A stretch of 64,000 nucleotides of DNA from Planctomycetota bacterium (GCA_965248445.1 CBDFJG010000003.1:1280001-1344000); one strand, 5' to 3'. Shown: positions 10,339-20,514, numbered from the stretch's first letter. A program made the numbers and translations. The notes: a model not told the origin generated them from the letters alone.

Positions 10339-10854
10339 GTGGCCGCCGCACCCGTCCGTCGCATTCTCGGGGTCGATCCGGGCACCCGTATCACCGGCTG
10401 GGGCATCGTCGACGTCAACGGGAATGCGGTCCGTCTGGTCGCCGCGGGGTACGTCAAGACCAAGGGCCCCGAGATGGCCAACCGTCTGGCCGAGATCCAG
10501 ACCGCCATCGCGGACGTCATCGCGAGGCACACCCCCGGTGGCCTGGCGGTCGAGACCCCGTACGTCGGGAAGAACCCGCGCTCGGCGCTGGCAATCGGCA
10601 TGGCGCGGGGAGCCGCACTCGTCGCGGCGGCGCTGGCGGACATGCCCGTGCACGAGTACCCACCCTCGACGGTGAAGAAGTCCGTCGTAGGGCGCGGCGG
10701 CGCGTCGAAGGAGCAGGTCTCTGCCATGGTGCGGGTCTTGCTCGGTCTCCAGGCGGTACCCGAGCCCGCGGACGTGACCGATGCGTTGGCGGTCGCCCTG
10801 GCGCACGCGCACCGGTTACGCTCCGCCGGTCCCCCGCCGCGCGCTCGCACGTAG
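10339..10854 (+). CDS. ruvC: crossover junction endodeoxyribonuclease RuvC
   Basis: 'ILGVDPGTRITGWG', 'VKKSVVGRGGASKEQV', 'DVTDALAVAL'. Confidence 0.95.
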   Translation: MAAAPVRRILGVDPGTRITGWGIVDVNGNAVRLVAAGYVKTKGPEMANRLAEIQTAIADVIARHTPGGLAVETPYVGKNPRSALAIGMARGAALVAAALADMPVHEYPPSTVKKSVVGRGGASKEQVSAMVRVLLGLQAVPEPADVTDALAVALAHAHRLRSAGPPPRART

Positions 10855-10901
10855 ATTCCCACGTAGTTTCCATCGGAGCACCCGACTCGAGCTCAGCCCA
10901 C

Positions 10902-11774
10902 ATGGCCTCCCGATCAACCCTGCTCGCTGGAATCGTCGGCATCGCGACGATCATCTCGCTCGGCCTCTACGCCGTTCTGGCTCCCCGCGTGTCGGACGAT
11001 TCTGAAGTGGGGACCGGCGGCGCTGACCCCGCGTCGGCACCGACGGTCGTGATGGTCGACGCGCACGAAGCGGCGCGCGCCCGCCACGGTCTGCCATGGC
11101 CGTTCGAGGCCTTCGCTCGCGAGATCGCCCTGGTGCGGCGGCCGGACGCAGACGCTGCCCGCGCGGAGTACAAGGCCAAGCTCCAGGAGTCCGGCGAGTC
11201 ATGGGAGAAGACGCGATTCTCCATCACCGTCGTGAACCAGCGTCTTCAGGACATCATCCCGGTCCTGGCGTCGCACTTCACGCACACGCCGACGAAGGTG
11301 TACACGCCGCCGCCGCACTTCGAGGACGAGATGCGCTTCAGCCTGGACATGCTGGACGTCACTCTCAAGGACGTCGTCCAGTCGCTGCACGCGCAGAGCT
11401 TGGAGCGCCTTCAGTACGACATCCTGCCCCACGGCATCGTGATCGGGACGCAGAACGCCGTGATCGAGGCTCGGATGAAGTCGCACGAGTGGCGAGCGCG
11501 GATCAAGGAGCGCAAGCCGGGCGCCGACGATCCCCTCTTGAACGTCTCGTACCGCCCCGACTTCGACGGCGCACACATCGGCGCCGTGATCCGCGACATT
11601 CGTGACAAGACCGACATCGAGGTGATCGTCGGCCGGATCGTGTGGGGCCGACCCGTCAAGCTGGAGTGGCGCAGCGACCCGATGCCGCTGCGGGACGCGC
11701 TGAACGCGCTCGCAAAGCGTCTGCGTTCGAACTGGTATCTGCACGAAGGCCGCATCTTCATCCTCGCGCGATAG
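10902..11774 (+). CDS. membrane-anchored protein with two secretin/TonB N-terminal (STN/N0)-like segments
   Basis: Real portion of ORF 9456..11774 starts at ATG 10902 (MASRSTLLAGIVGIATIISLGLYAVL, one TM); segments 'FSLDMLDVTLKDVVQSL' and 'WRSDPMPLRDALNALA...WYLHEGRIFI' resemble STN-type modules. Confidence 0.6.
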   Translation: MASRSTLLAGIVGIATIISLGLYAVLAPRVSDDSEVGTGGADPASAPTVVMVDAHEAARARHGLPWPFEAFAREIALVRRPDADAARAEYKAKLQESGESWEKTRFSITVVNQRLQDIIPVLASHFTHTPTKVYTPPPHFEDEMRFSLDMLDVTLKDVVQSLHAQSLERLQYDILPHGIVIGTQNAVIEARMKSHEWRARIKERKPGADDPLLNVSYRPDFDGAHIGAVIRDIRDKTDIEVIVGRIVWGRPVKLEWRSDPMPLRDALNALAKRLRSNWYLHEGRIFILAR

Positions 11775-11783
11775 GACGGTGAC

Positions 11784-12536
11784 GTGGCTGCGAGCGATTG
11801 CCGTGCACTGGTACTCCGGACGATCGAGTTCGCAGAGAACAGCCAGATCGCGCACCTGTTCACCGACCGCGAGGGTCGCGTGCACGGGATCGCGAAGGGC
11901 GCGCGCCGGCAGAAGAGCACCTTCCACGGAGGCATGGACCTCCTCCAACTGGGTGCCCTTCGACTCTACTCGCGGCGGCCGAACGCGGGCCTTCGCACGC
12001 TCGCGTCATTCCGGGTGGAGACGCACTTCCCCGGCGTGCGCCGCTCGGTCCCCCGCTTCCGCGCCGCGGAACACGTGCGCGCGCTGCTGCTCGGGTTCCT
12101 CCGCGAGGAGCACCCGGCGCCGGAGATCTTCGAGTTGTCGGTGTCGGCTCTACGCCTGATCGAGGTGGCCAGAGACACCCAGTGCGGCGGACTCGCGGCG
12201 GGCTTCGAGGCGATGCTCCTCGGCCTCGCGGGATTCGCACCCGAACTGACGCAATGCGTGCGGTGCGAGCGCGAGGCCCGCAACATCGTGACGGCCCGGC
12301 TCTCCGTGTTGCGCGGCGGCCTGCTATGCCGGAATTGCCGAGGAGAGGACCCGGGCGCTCCGGAGATGTCCGGACGCGCGGTCGCGTCACTCGTCACCCT
12401 CGGGAGCGGACCGCTCGCCCACGCCGTCCGACTGCCGGATGAACCGGGTTTGCGGCGTGAGATCCGCAGCGCACTCGCACGGTGGACGAGCGCCATACTC
12501 GACCGGCGGCTCGCGACGCACGACGCCGTCAGCTGA
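11784..12536 (+). CDS. recO: DNA repair protein RecO
   Basis: 'ALVLRTIEFAENSQIAHLFTDREGRVHGIAKGARR'; Zn finger CVRC...CRNC. Confidence 0.93.
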   Translation: MAASDCRALVLRTIEFAENSQIAHLFTDREGRVHGIAKGARRQKSTFHGGMDLLQLGALRLYSRRPNAGLRTLASFRVETHFPGVRRSVPRFRAAEHVRALLLGFLREEHPAPEIFELSVSALRLIEVARDTQCGGLAAGFEAMLLGLAGFAPELTQCVRCEREARNIVTARLSVLRGGLLCRNCRGEDPGAPEMSGRAVASLVTLGSGPLAHAVRLPDEPGLRREIRSALARWTSAILDRRLATHDAVS

Positions 12537-12628
12537 GGCGAGAGAGTCTCGATACGACGCGGCTGGGGTGAGGTAGGATCGCGGCCCCTTCGGAGAGGGC
12601 CACGAGGGGACGGAGGGGTCGTTCTCGC

Positions 12629-13621
12629 ATGCTGGATCGCACAGCACATCGGACTGGGACGAGCGCACGGCGCGCACGTGGAACGCCCCTGCGCGTGTTC
12701 GCGCAGATCGCCGTAGTTGTCGCACTTCTGGCGGGCTGCTCGATCTTCAGCGGATCCGACCCCGGGTCCGTCGACGCCGACTCTCGCTACGAAGAGGCCC
12801 GTGACCTGTTCCGGCGCGAAGAGTGGAAGGCGGCCGAGGGCGCGTTCGGTCGGATCTGGCGCGCGGACCCGGACGGTCCGCTCGCCGCCGATGCGCGCTT
12901 CTACGAAGCCGAGGCGCGCTACGGTCGCGGGAAGTACGACGGGGCGTTCCAGCTCTACAAGCAATACGTCGAGAACTTCCCTCTCTCACAACACTCCCCG
13001 CGCGTCCAGCAGCGGCTGTTCGACATCGGTACGTTCACGCTCGAGGGCGGGCAGGGCACGGTGCTGGGAGTCTTCTCCTCGACCGAAGGCGGCGTCGAGT
13101 ACCTCGAGTACCTCGTGTCCGCGTTCCCCAACGGGGACCTCGCGGACGACGCGCTGATGCGTCTCGCCGACTACGAGATCGGCAATCGAGGAGAGCAGTC
13201 GGCGATCACGCACCTGCACGATCTGCTCGACTACTATCCCGGCAGCGAGTGGCGCCTGCGGGCTCGACTCGAATTGGCGCGGGCCTACCGTCGCCTGACT
13301 CGAGGGACGAGCTACGACGGCGACGCGCTGAATCGGGCGGCCGCGCAGTATCGGACGTACATCGAGATCGTCAGCGCGGACCAGGCGCGCGCCGCGGACC
13401 ACGCTTCGGATCTCACCGCGGCTCGGTCCGAGTACGTCGAGATCCAGGAGTCACTGGCGCGTAAGCTGCTCGAGTCTGCCGAGTACTATCTGCGCACCGG
13501 AAAGACGGACGCGGCCCGCGCCCAGTATCGCAACGTGATCCGGGAGCATCCGGACAGTCCCGTCGCCGACGAAGCGCGTGCGGCGCTTGCCGGCATCCCG
13601 GGGGGAGGAGACGCGAAGTGA
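12629..13621 (+). CDS. bamD: outer membrane protein assembly factor BamD-like TPR lipoprotein
   Basis: Lipobox LAGC, TPR repeats, and the BamD-type C-terminus 'LARKLLESAEYYLRTGKTDAARAQYRNVIREHPDS'; exact start uncertain. Confidence 0.8.
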   Translation: MLDRTAHRTGTSARRARGTPLRVFAQIAVVVALLAGCSIFSGSDPGSVDADSRYEEARDLFRREEWKAAEGAFGRIWRADPDGPLAADARFYEAEARYGRGKYDGAFQLYKQYVENFPLSQHSPRVQQRLFDIGTFTLEGGQGTVLGVFSSTEGGVEYLEYLVSAFPNGDLADDALMRLADYEIGNRGEQSAITHLHDLLDYYPGSEWRLRARLELARAYRRLTRGTSYDGDALNRAAAQYRTYIEIVSADQARAADHASDLTAARSEYVEIQESLARKLLESAEYYLRTGKTDAARAQYRNVIREHPDSPVADEARAALAGIPGGGDAK

Positions 13622-14130
13622 GACTCCGCATGCAAGACGTCCTCGCGGGCCTGGGAGGCCTGCTGCTGAGCGGGATACTCCTGAGCGGTTGCGGCTACCG
13701 TGTCGGCTCGCTGGTTCCTTCGAACCACTCCACGATCGCCGTGCCGATCTTCGACAACACGACCGAGCGCCACGATCTCGAGTGGGAGGTGACGCGCGCC
13801 GTCGTCGAGGAACTGCAGTCACGCAGCCACCTCGTCGTCGTGAGCGAGCGGGACAATCCGGATCTTGTCCTCACCGGCACATTGGTCCGGGTCGACGAGG
13901 ACCTCCTCTCCCGACGGAAGTACCAGCGACCTCGCGAGAACGCGCTCTTCCTCTCCGCGGACATCGCCGTGACGGACGCGAAGACGGGACAGGCCGTGGT
14001 CGCGAAGAAGCGTGTCACCGAACGCGAGTCGTACTCACCGCTCGTCGGCGAGAGCATCAGATCCGCGCGGCAAGAGGCCGTGCGCACGCTCGCGGAGCGC
14101 GTCGTCCAAGCGCTCGAAGAGGGCTTCTGA
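13618..14130 (+). CDS. lptE: LPS assembly lipoprotein LptE family protein
   Basis: Lipobox 'LSGCGY', 'TIAVPIFDNTT', 'LAERVVQALE'; follows bamD. Confidence 0.8.
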   Translation: MRLRMQDVLAGLGGLLLSGILLSGCGYRVGSLVPSNHSTIAVPIFDNTTERHDLEWEVTRAVVEELQSRSHLVVVSERDNPDLVLTGTLVRVDEDLLSRRKYQRPRENALFLSADIAVTDAKTGQAVVAKKRVTERESYSPLVGESIRSARQEAVRTLAERVVQALEEGF

Positions 14131-14240
14131 CCAGCTCCCCGCAGCCCGCGTCATCCTCTCCGACGATCCCTCTCCGGCCGCGCCACGAGATTCCGCTGCC
14201 CGGGGGCGAGAGCCTCGTCCTGGGAGAGCGCACACTGCTC

Positions 14241-15065
14241 ATGGGCGTGGTCAACGTGACGCCCGACTCTTTCAGCGACGGCGGCGCTCACCTGGATCCG
14301 GAGACCGCGGTCACGCACGCGCTGCAGCTCGTGGACGAGGGCGCAGACCTGCTCGACATCGGGGGCGAGAGCACGCGCCCCGGCGCACGTCAGATCCCCG
14401 CCGACGAGCAGATCCGGCGCACGGTCCCGGTCATCCGGGCTCTCTCGGCGCGGGCCGCGCACGTCCCGATCTCGATCGATACGCGTAGCGCGGCGGTCGC
14501 CCGAGCGGCCATCGCAGCGGGCGCGTCGATCGTGAACGACGTCGCGGGTCTCGATCACGACCCGGACATGCGCGCGGCTGTCACGGAGCTGAGGTGCCCG
14601 GTCATCGTGATGCACATGCGGGGGACGCCGGAGGACATGCGAGCGCAGACGGTGTACGCGAACGTCGTCGAAGACGTCGCCGCGGAACTGGCGGCACTCA
14701 TCGAGCGCGCCCATCGGGCCGGGATCGAGCACGTCATCGCCGATCCCGGGATCGGCTTCTCGAAGACGGCCGAGCAGAGCGCCGCGCTCTTGGCCGCGAC
14801 CCCGCGACTGCTGGCACTCGGCGCACCGCTGCTCCTGGGGACGTCGCGCAAGAGCTTCCTCCAGCTTGCAACGGGCGATCGCGACGGGCCCCCGTCCGAG
14901 ACGAGGCTCCACGCGACGGTCGCCTCGGTCACGGCCGCCGCCCTCCTCGGGGCGCACATTGTGCGTGTCCACGACGTCGCCGCCTGCCGCGACGCAGTCC
15001 GGCTGGCCGACGTTCTCCGCGAGGCTGCCGGCGCCGACGAGAAGCTGGGTTCCGGCCGCTCGTGA
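14241..15065 (+). CDS. folP: dihydropteroate synthase
   Basis: 'MGVVNVTPDSFSDGG', 'DIGGESTRPG', 'SIDT', 'DPGIGF', 'GTSRKSF', 'RVHDV'. The frame is open upstream to 14127 (CTG overlapping the lptE stop), so the true start may be earlier. Confidence 0.95.
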   Translation: MGVVNVTPDSFSDGGAHLDPETAVTHALQLVDEGADLLDIGGESTRPGARQIPADEQIRRTVPVIRALSARAAHVPISIDTRSAAVARAAIAAGASIVNDVAGLDHDPDMRAAVTELRCPVIVMHMRGTPEDMRAQTVYANVVEDVAAELAALIERAHRAGIEHVIADPGIGFSKTAEQSAALLAATPRLLALGAPLLLGTSRKSFLQLATGDRDGPPSETRLHATVASVTAAALLGAHIVRVHDVAACRDAVRLADVLREAAGADEKLGSGRS

Positions 15066-15157
15066 TGCCGGCCGCGTCAGGGTAGACTCCGCGCCACGCC
15101 GAGGCGGGCCTGACGGCGAGAGGCCGGGCCCGCCGTCTGCGTTGGGGAGGCACCGGT

Positions 15158-16042
15158 TTGGATCTCAGTCAGTACCTGCCGCGTACAGGAAGCGACTGGA
15201 TCCAGCTTGCGGTCATCTTCGTCGCGATCTTCGGGCTCCTGCGGCTCGCCCGCGGAACCATCGCCGGGAGCATCCTCCGCGGTGCGATCCTCACCATGGC
15301 CGGCGTCTCGGTCGTGCTGTTCTTCGTCATCGACTTTTTCGAATTCGAGGTCCTGAAGCTCCTCCTCCAGAACTTGATCACCCTGATCGGTGTCGCACTC
15401 GTCGTCGTGTTCCAGCCCGAGTTGCGGCGAGGTCTCCTCGCACTCGGCGAACACAAGCTCTTCGACCGCTTTCGGGCGCGACCGAGGACCTGCATCGAAG
15501 CGCTGTCGAAAGCCGTCGCGAACCTCGCTCGCGAACGCCACGGCGCGTTGTTCGCAATCGAACGCCGCGCTGCCCTCCACCACATCGTCTCGACCGGCGT
15601 GCCCATCGACGCCCAGGCCTCTGCCGAGCTGCTGGCGAACATCTTCTGGTACGGGGCGCCGTTGCACGACGGCGGTGTGGTCCTTCGCGAGGATCGCGTG
15701 GTGGCGGGTGCGTGCATCTTCCCGCTGGCGGAGCGCCGCGACCTCTCCTCCCGCTACGGCACACGGCACCGTGCCGGCATCGGCATGTCGGAGGAGAGCG
15801 ACGCCGTCGTCGTCGTGGTGAGCGAGGAGACCGGGCGCGTGTCCGTGGCCGTCGAGGGGGATCTGCAGGTCGTCGATCCGCCTTCGGACATCGCGCGCGT
15901 CCTGCAGGGCCTGCTCGCATCGACGGCGTCGCCGAAGAAGCCGCCTGAGCCCGAGGAGCCCGACGGTTCAGACCCCGATCCGGAGGCGGAGACAACCGAA
16001 GCGCCCGGCGACATCGACGAGCGCGAAGGAGAAGCCGCATGA
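15158..16042 (+). CDS. cdaA: diadenylate cyclase, CdaA/DacA type
   Basis: Three N-terminal TMs, 'VVFQPELRRGL', DAC motifs 'PLHDGGV' and 'GTRHRAG', 'VVSEETG'. Confidence 0.92.
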   Translation: MDLSQYLPRTGSDWIQLAVIFVAIFGLLRLARGTIAGSILRGAILTMAGVSVVLFFVIDFFEFEVLKLLLQNLITLIGVALVVVFQPELRRGLLALGEHKLFDRFRARPRTCIEALSKAVANLARERHGALFAIERRAALHHIVSTGVPIDAQASAELLANIFWYGAPLHDGGVVLREDRVVAGACIFPLAERRDLSSRYGTRHRAGIGMSEESDAVVVVVSEETGRVSVAVEGDLQVVDPPSDIARVLQGLLASTASPKKPPEPEEPDGSDPDPEAETTEAPGDIDEREGEAA

Positions 16043-17100
16043 GGCATGACCACGGAGCCGCAGGCAGCCTGTATCTGGTCGTCGTCGCAGCCGTCCTCTC
16101 ATGGTCGCTCTGGTTCATCACGCGCCAGGAGATCAGTGACACGCACACGGTGACGGTGTCGGTGCAAGCCGTCGTCGAGGACGCCAACGACCTGCGCGCC
16201 ATGGTGACCAAGGGTCGTGAAGTCCGCATCACCGTCGAGGGCCCCGTCGGCGACATCAACGCTCTGCGGCTCCTCGAGTCCAAGACCGCTCGGGCCTACG
16301 TGGGCGAGGACGACATCGCCGCGGGCGAGGGCGAGGGCAACGTGCAGGTGCAGCTGGAGGATCTCCAGTTCGAGCAGCTGGACCAGTTCGAGAACACGCA
16401 CGCGATCGCGATGGAGCCGGACAAGGTCCACGTGCGGATCACGCGGTTCGTCGATCGAGAAGTCAACGTGCTCCCGCCGGTGATCCCCGACGCGGACTTC
16501 CCCGGCTTCGTGATCGATCTCGAGCACGTGCCCGCGAAGGTCCGTGTGCAGGGCCCGAAGCTCCGCTTCAAGTTCGCCGACCTGGCGACGTCGATCAACG
16601 AGGATCAACTGCGCAACGTCGTCGCGGACATGCAGGACGAAGCGATCCGCACGCAGGTGATCGACCTCTTGCCGATCAAGCAGGACGGCACGGTGTACGG
16701 CCCGGATGTCGTGCTCACCGAGCGGCTCGTCGCCACCGTGAAGATCACGCACGTGCGCAAGAGGGAGGTGTGGGTGAACCTCTCGATCCTCGCCCCCACG
16801 GGCGCAGCGGCGGTCTCCGGTGTCTTCAAGTTCTCGAACGTCAACCGCGTGAAGAAGGGCGACGCGTTCGATCCCGGCGGCGACGGCAAACCCGCGCGTC
16901 TCCGCGTGGAGCTGCAGGGGGCGACGCGCGCGCTCGAACAACTCCCGGAGGAGGGTCTCGAAGCCTTCGTCATGGCCGCCGAACTCCTGGACGAATCGGG
17001 GCAGCCGAAGGAAGGCGCCCGGAAAGTGCGCACGCTGGAACTGCCCGCCGGAGTGTCGCTCGCCGGGGTGTACCTACTCGAGATCGACGTCGAGAACTGA
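16039..17100 (+). CDS. CdaR/YbbR-like regulator
   Basis: One N-terminal TM, repeated beta-rich units ('EVRITVEGP', 'PAKVRVQGP', 'RVELQGA'); lies between cdaA and glmM. Confidence 0.65.
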   Translation: MRHDHGAAGSLYLVVVAAVLSWSLWFITRQEISDTHTVTVSVQAVVEDANDLRAMVTKGREVRITVEGPVGDINALRLLESKTARAYVGEDDIAAGEGEGNVQVQLEDLQFEQLDQFENTHAIAMEPDKVHVRITRFVDREVNVLPPVIPDADFPGFVIDLEHVPAKVRVQGPKLRFKFADLATSINEDQLRNVVADMQDEAIRTQVIDLLPIKQDGTVYGPDVVLTERLVATVKITHVRKREVWVNLSILAPTGAAAVSGVFKFSNVNRVKKGDAFDPGGDGKPARLRVELQGATRALEQLPEEGLEAFVMAAELLDESGQPKEGARKVRTLELPAGVSLAGVYLLEIDVEN

Positions 17101-17222
17101 GTTTCGCGGCGCACCCGCCGGGATCCGGCTGCCCCCTGGCCTCGAAGTCGTAGGATTCGAACCCCCCGTCGAACGTCCGCGGCATCGTCGCGGACCGATC
17201 CCCCGCGCCCCCACCCAACGCG

Positions 17223-18575
17223 ATGTCCCGCCTCTTCGGAACCGACGGAATCCGCGGCCCTGCCGGGGTCGGGAAGCTCGCCCCGCCAGCGCTGGCCCGC
17301 CTGGGCCTCGCCATCGCGGCGGTCATTGCGAAGGTGTCGGACCGGCCCCGCGCCCTGATCGGACGCGACACGCGGATCTCAGGTCCGTCGGTCGCCGGCG
17401 CGGTGACCTCCGGCCTGCTCGCCGGCGGTGTCGAGGTCCACGACGGCGGAGTCCTCCCCACGCCGGCGGTTGCGATGCTGACGCGGCGCCGGAAGTTCAG
17501 CGCGGGCGTCGTGGTCTCGGCCTCACACAATGCGTGGCGCGACAACGGACTCAAGCTCCTCGGCAGCGGCGGCGCGAAGATCGACGACGCCGTCGAGGCC
17601 GCAATCGAGGCGGCGTACGCGAGCGACGATCTCCTCGACGCAACCGTGCCCGAGGAGTTCGCGGCGCCACACCCCTATCCCAAGGCGCGCTCCCACTACG
17701 TCGACGGCCTCGTAAGGGAACTGGCTGGGCGACGACTGCGCGGTCTGCATGTCGTCGTGGACGCCGCGAACGGCGCCCAGTGCGGGCTCGCCCCGAAGGT
17801 GCTCCGCCGACTCGGCGCGAAGGTCACCGCGATCCACGACCGGCCGGACGGGCACAACATCAACGCGAAGTGCGGCGCGCTCCACACGCGACCGCTTGCG
17901 CGCGCCGTCCGCGAGCACGGTGCGGACGCGGGCATCGCGTTCGACGGCGACGCGGACCGCCTGCAACTGGTGGATGAGCGCGGCCGGCTGCTCGACGGCG
18001 ACACCGTCCTGGCGGCGCTCGCGCCGCGCCTCCTCGCCGAGCGCCGCCTGCCCCACCGCACGGTCGTCGGCACAGTGATGACGAACGCCGGCCTCGAGGC
18101 GTACCTCGCCGAGCACCGGATCTCGGTAGCGCGCACGGCAGTCGGCGACCGCAACATCGTCAGCGAGATGAGCGGACGCGGGTTCGGGCTCGGCGGCGAG
18201 CCGTCGGGCCACCTCATCGTCCCGCGACGCGGACTCCTGACCGGGGATGCGCTGTACGCGGCCGTGCTGTGCCTGCACATCCTAGTGGACGAGGATCTCG
18301 ACGCGTCGGAACTGGGCGGCGGGTTCCGGCCGTGGCCGCTCGAACTGGTGTCGTTCCGAATCCGTGAACGCGTCGAGCTGCGCCGGCTGCCCCGCGCGTG
18401 GAAGGCGATCTGCGACGGCCGCGCCGCTCTGGGCGATCAGGGCCGCGTGGTCGTGCGCTACAGCGGCACGGAACCCAAGGTCCGCGTGATGGTCGAGGCG
18501 CGCAAGCGAGCCCAGGTCAAATCCGTGCTCGCGCCCATCGTCACCGCGCTGCGCCGCGAAGTAGGTGCGTCGTGA
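17223..18575 (+). CDS. glmM: phosphoglucosamine mutase
   Basis: 'LFGTDGIRG', 'SASHN', 'FDGDADR', 'GGEPSGH', 'RYSGTEPKVRVMVE'. Confidence 0.93.
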   Translation: MSRLFGTDGIRGPAGVGKLAPPALARLGLAIAAVIAKVSDRPRALIGRDTRISGPSVAGAVTSGLLAGGVEVHDGGVLPTPAVAMLTRRRKFSAGVVVSASHNAWRDNGLKLLGSGGAKIDDAVEAAIEAAYASDDLLDATVPEEFAAPHPYPKARSHYVDGLVRELAGRRLRGLHVVVDAANGAQCGLAPKVLRRLGAKVTAIHDRPDGHNINAKCGALHTRPLARAVREHGADAGIAFDGDADRLQLVDERGRLLDGDTVLAALAPRLLAERRLPHRTVVGTVMTNAGLEAYLAEHRISVARTAVGDRNIVSEMSGRGFGLGGEPSGHLIVPRRGLLTGDALYAAVLCLHILVDEDLDASELGGGFRPWPLELVSFRIRERVELRRLPRAWKAICDGRAALGDQGRVVVRYSGTEPKVRVMVEARKRAQVKSVLAPIVTALRREVGAS

Positions 18576-19324
18576 TCACCCTCGCACTCGACACCAGCGG
18601 CACCGTCGGGAGCGTGGCGGTCGCTCGCTCCGACGACGACGGTGCGGCGGAGGTCGTCGCGTCCGTCACGATCGAGCGCGGAATGCGTCACGGTGTGGAG
18701 CTGTTCCCGGCTCTCGAACGCGCGCTGGAGCAGGCCGGAGTCGGAGCACGCGAACTCGATCTCGTCGCCGTGGGCATCGGACCCGGCAGCTACACCGGAC
18801 TGCGTGTCGGCATCACGGCCGCACGCGCGCTGGCGTACGCGTGCGGCGCGGAACTCCTGGGGGTCCCGACCTGCGACGCGCTTGCCGACAGTCTCACCCC
18901 TGGTGACCGGCCGCTCGCGGTCGTGATCGACGCGCGCGTGCGAGCCGTCTATCTCGCGATCTACGAACCGGTGCAGGCGGAGGGGCGCTGGGAGCGGAGG
19001 GACGGGCCGACGCTCCTGCCGCCGGTCGGCGCCGCGGACCGCGTACCCGCCGGGGCGCTGGTCGTGGGCGACGGACCGGACGCGCACGACGACGCGTTCC
19101 GGCGGTTCAGCCGCGCGACGGCGCCGCACGCCTCGCCAGCTGCGCACGTCGCGCGGCTCGCGCTCCTGCGCCACCGCGACGGTGAGCGCGGCCGCATCGA
19201 TGACGTCGTCCCGCTGTACCTGCGGCGCAGCTCCGCGGAGCTGCGTCACGAGGAGCGCGCCAACTCCGTTGGCTCGTCCGCTGACGCAGACGATGCGGGC
19301 GCACTCGGGGAGGAGACGACGTGA
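18572..19324 (+). CDS. tsaB: tRNA threonylcarbamoyladenosine biosynthesis protein TsaB
   Basis: 'TLALDTS', 'GIGPGSYTGLRVG', 'DAR', 'PLYLR'; GTGA coupling to glmM. Confidence 0.92.
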   Translation: MITLALDTSGTVGSVAVARSDDDGAAEVVASVTIERGMRHGVELFPALERALEQAGVGARELDLVAVGIGPGSYTGLRVGITAARALAYACGAELLGVPTCDALADSLTPGDRPLAVVIDARVRAVYLAIYEPVQAEGRWERRDGPTLLPPVGAADRVPAGALVVGDGPDAHDDAFRRFSRATAPHASPAAHVARLALLRHRDGERGRIDDVVPLYLRRSSAELRHEERANSVGSSADADDAGALGEETT

Positions 19325-20514
19325 AGGCAGCGCACGACGGCGACGCGGTCCTGCGACCGGACGAGTCCGAGTTCCCGGCCCCCCTGCCGGAACTCGATCC
19401 GCGGGCGCGCGCGTGGCGCGAGATCGACCTGGGCGCGCTCGAGCGCAACTATCGCTACCTGGTCCAGCGGCTCCCGGCCGACACCGACGTTCTGGCCGTT
19501 CTGAAGGCCGACGCGTACGGGCACGGCGCAGTCGTCACGGCCGAGCGCCTGATCCGGCTCGGAGTCAGCATGATCGGCGTCGGCGACTCGCGCGAAGCGC
19601 TCGAGTTGCGCGAGGCCGGGATCGCGGCCCCTCTGCTCATTCTGGGCGCCATCGTGCCGGGAGAGATGGAAGAGGTGGTCAAGAACGACATCGCGACGTG
19701 CATCCACTCGAGCAACCGCGCGAAGCTGCTCTCCGAGGTCGCCGCGGCGCTCGGCAGCCCCGCGCGCGTCCACCTGAAAGTGGACACGGGGATGGGCCGG
19801 CTCGGCGTCCGGCCCGAGGTCGCGTTGTCGCTGGCACGAACGCTGCACCACGACCCGAACGTCGACTTCGAAGGAGTCTGCACGCACTACGGCAGCGCCG
19901 CCTCGCCGGTGCCGTATCACACGTCCGAGCAGATCTCGGGTTTCGTCAAGCTGATCGAGGACATGCGCGCGGAGGGAATACGCCCACCCGTCGTGCACGC
20001 CAGCAACTCAGCCGCCGTGTTCTCCACGCTGTCCGAGCACTTCACGATGGTCCGGGTAGGTTTGGCACTCTTCGGGATCAACCCCGGCAACCTGCCGATC
20101 GGCACGCCACCCGTTGACCCGGTGCTCGCGCTGCGCACGCAGGTGGTGTTCCTCAAGGACCTGCCCGACGGATCGCCCGTCGGCTACAACCGGACATTCC
20201 TGACGCGGCGCGCTTCACGTGTCGCCGTCGTCCCGATCGGCTACAGCGACGGGTTGCCGTTCGCGCTGTCCAACCGCGCCGACGTCCTCGTGCGCGGTGA
20301 GAAGGCGCCGATCGTCGGTTCGATCTCGATGGACTACACCACGATCGACGTCACGGACATACCGGGCGTCAGCGTCGGCGACCAGGTGACGGTGATCGGC
20401 ACGTGCGGCAAGCGCCGCCTCTCCGTCGAAGCGCTTGCGCGCACGATCGGCACGATCCCCTACGAGATCACGGCCCGCCTCGGCCAACGCGTCGGCCTCC
20501 AGACCGTCGAGTGA
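19321..20514 (+). CDS. alr: alanine racemase
   Basis: PLP lysine motif 'AVLKADAYGHG', 'HLKVDTGMGRLG', 'GYSDG', 'IPYEI'. Confidence 0.96.
   Translation: MKAAHDGDAVLRPDESEFPAPLPELDPRARAWREIDLGALERNYRYLVQRLPADTDVLAVLKADAYGHGAVVTAERLIRLGVSMIGVGDSREALELREAGIAAPLLILGAIVPGEMEEVVKNDIATCIHSSNRAKLLSEVAAALGSPARVHLKVDTGMGRLGVRPEVALSLARTLHHDPNVDFEGVCTHYGSAASPVPYHTSEQISGFVKLIEDMRAEGIRPPVVHASNSAAVFSTLSEHFTMVRVGLALFGINPGNLPIGTPPVDPVLALRTQVVFLKDLPDGSPVGYNRTFLTRRASRVAVVPIGYSDGLPFALSNRADVLVRGEKAPIVGSISMDYTTIDVTDIPGVSVGDQVTVIGTCGKRRLSVEALARTIGTIPYEITARLGQRVGLQTVE

Noticed and set aside
9456..10901. N-terminal 482 aa of the 772-aa ORF 9456..11774
   Set aside because: Overlaps ispF/ispD antisense and ruvC in another frame; only the part from ATG 10902 looks like a protein.
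17145..17170. GGTTCGAATCC on the minus strand resembling a tRNA T-arm
   Set aside because: The flanking 5-bp stem pairs poorly and no acceptor, D or anticodon arms can be built.
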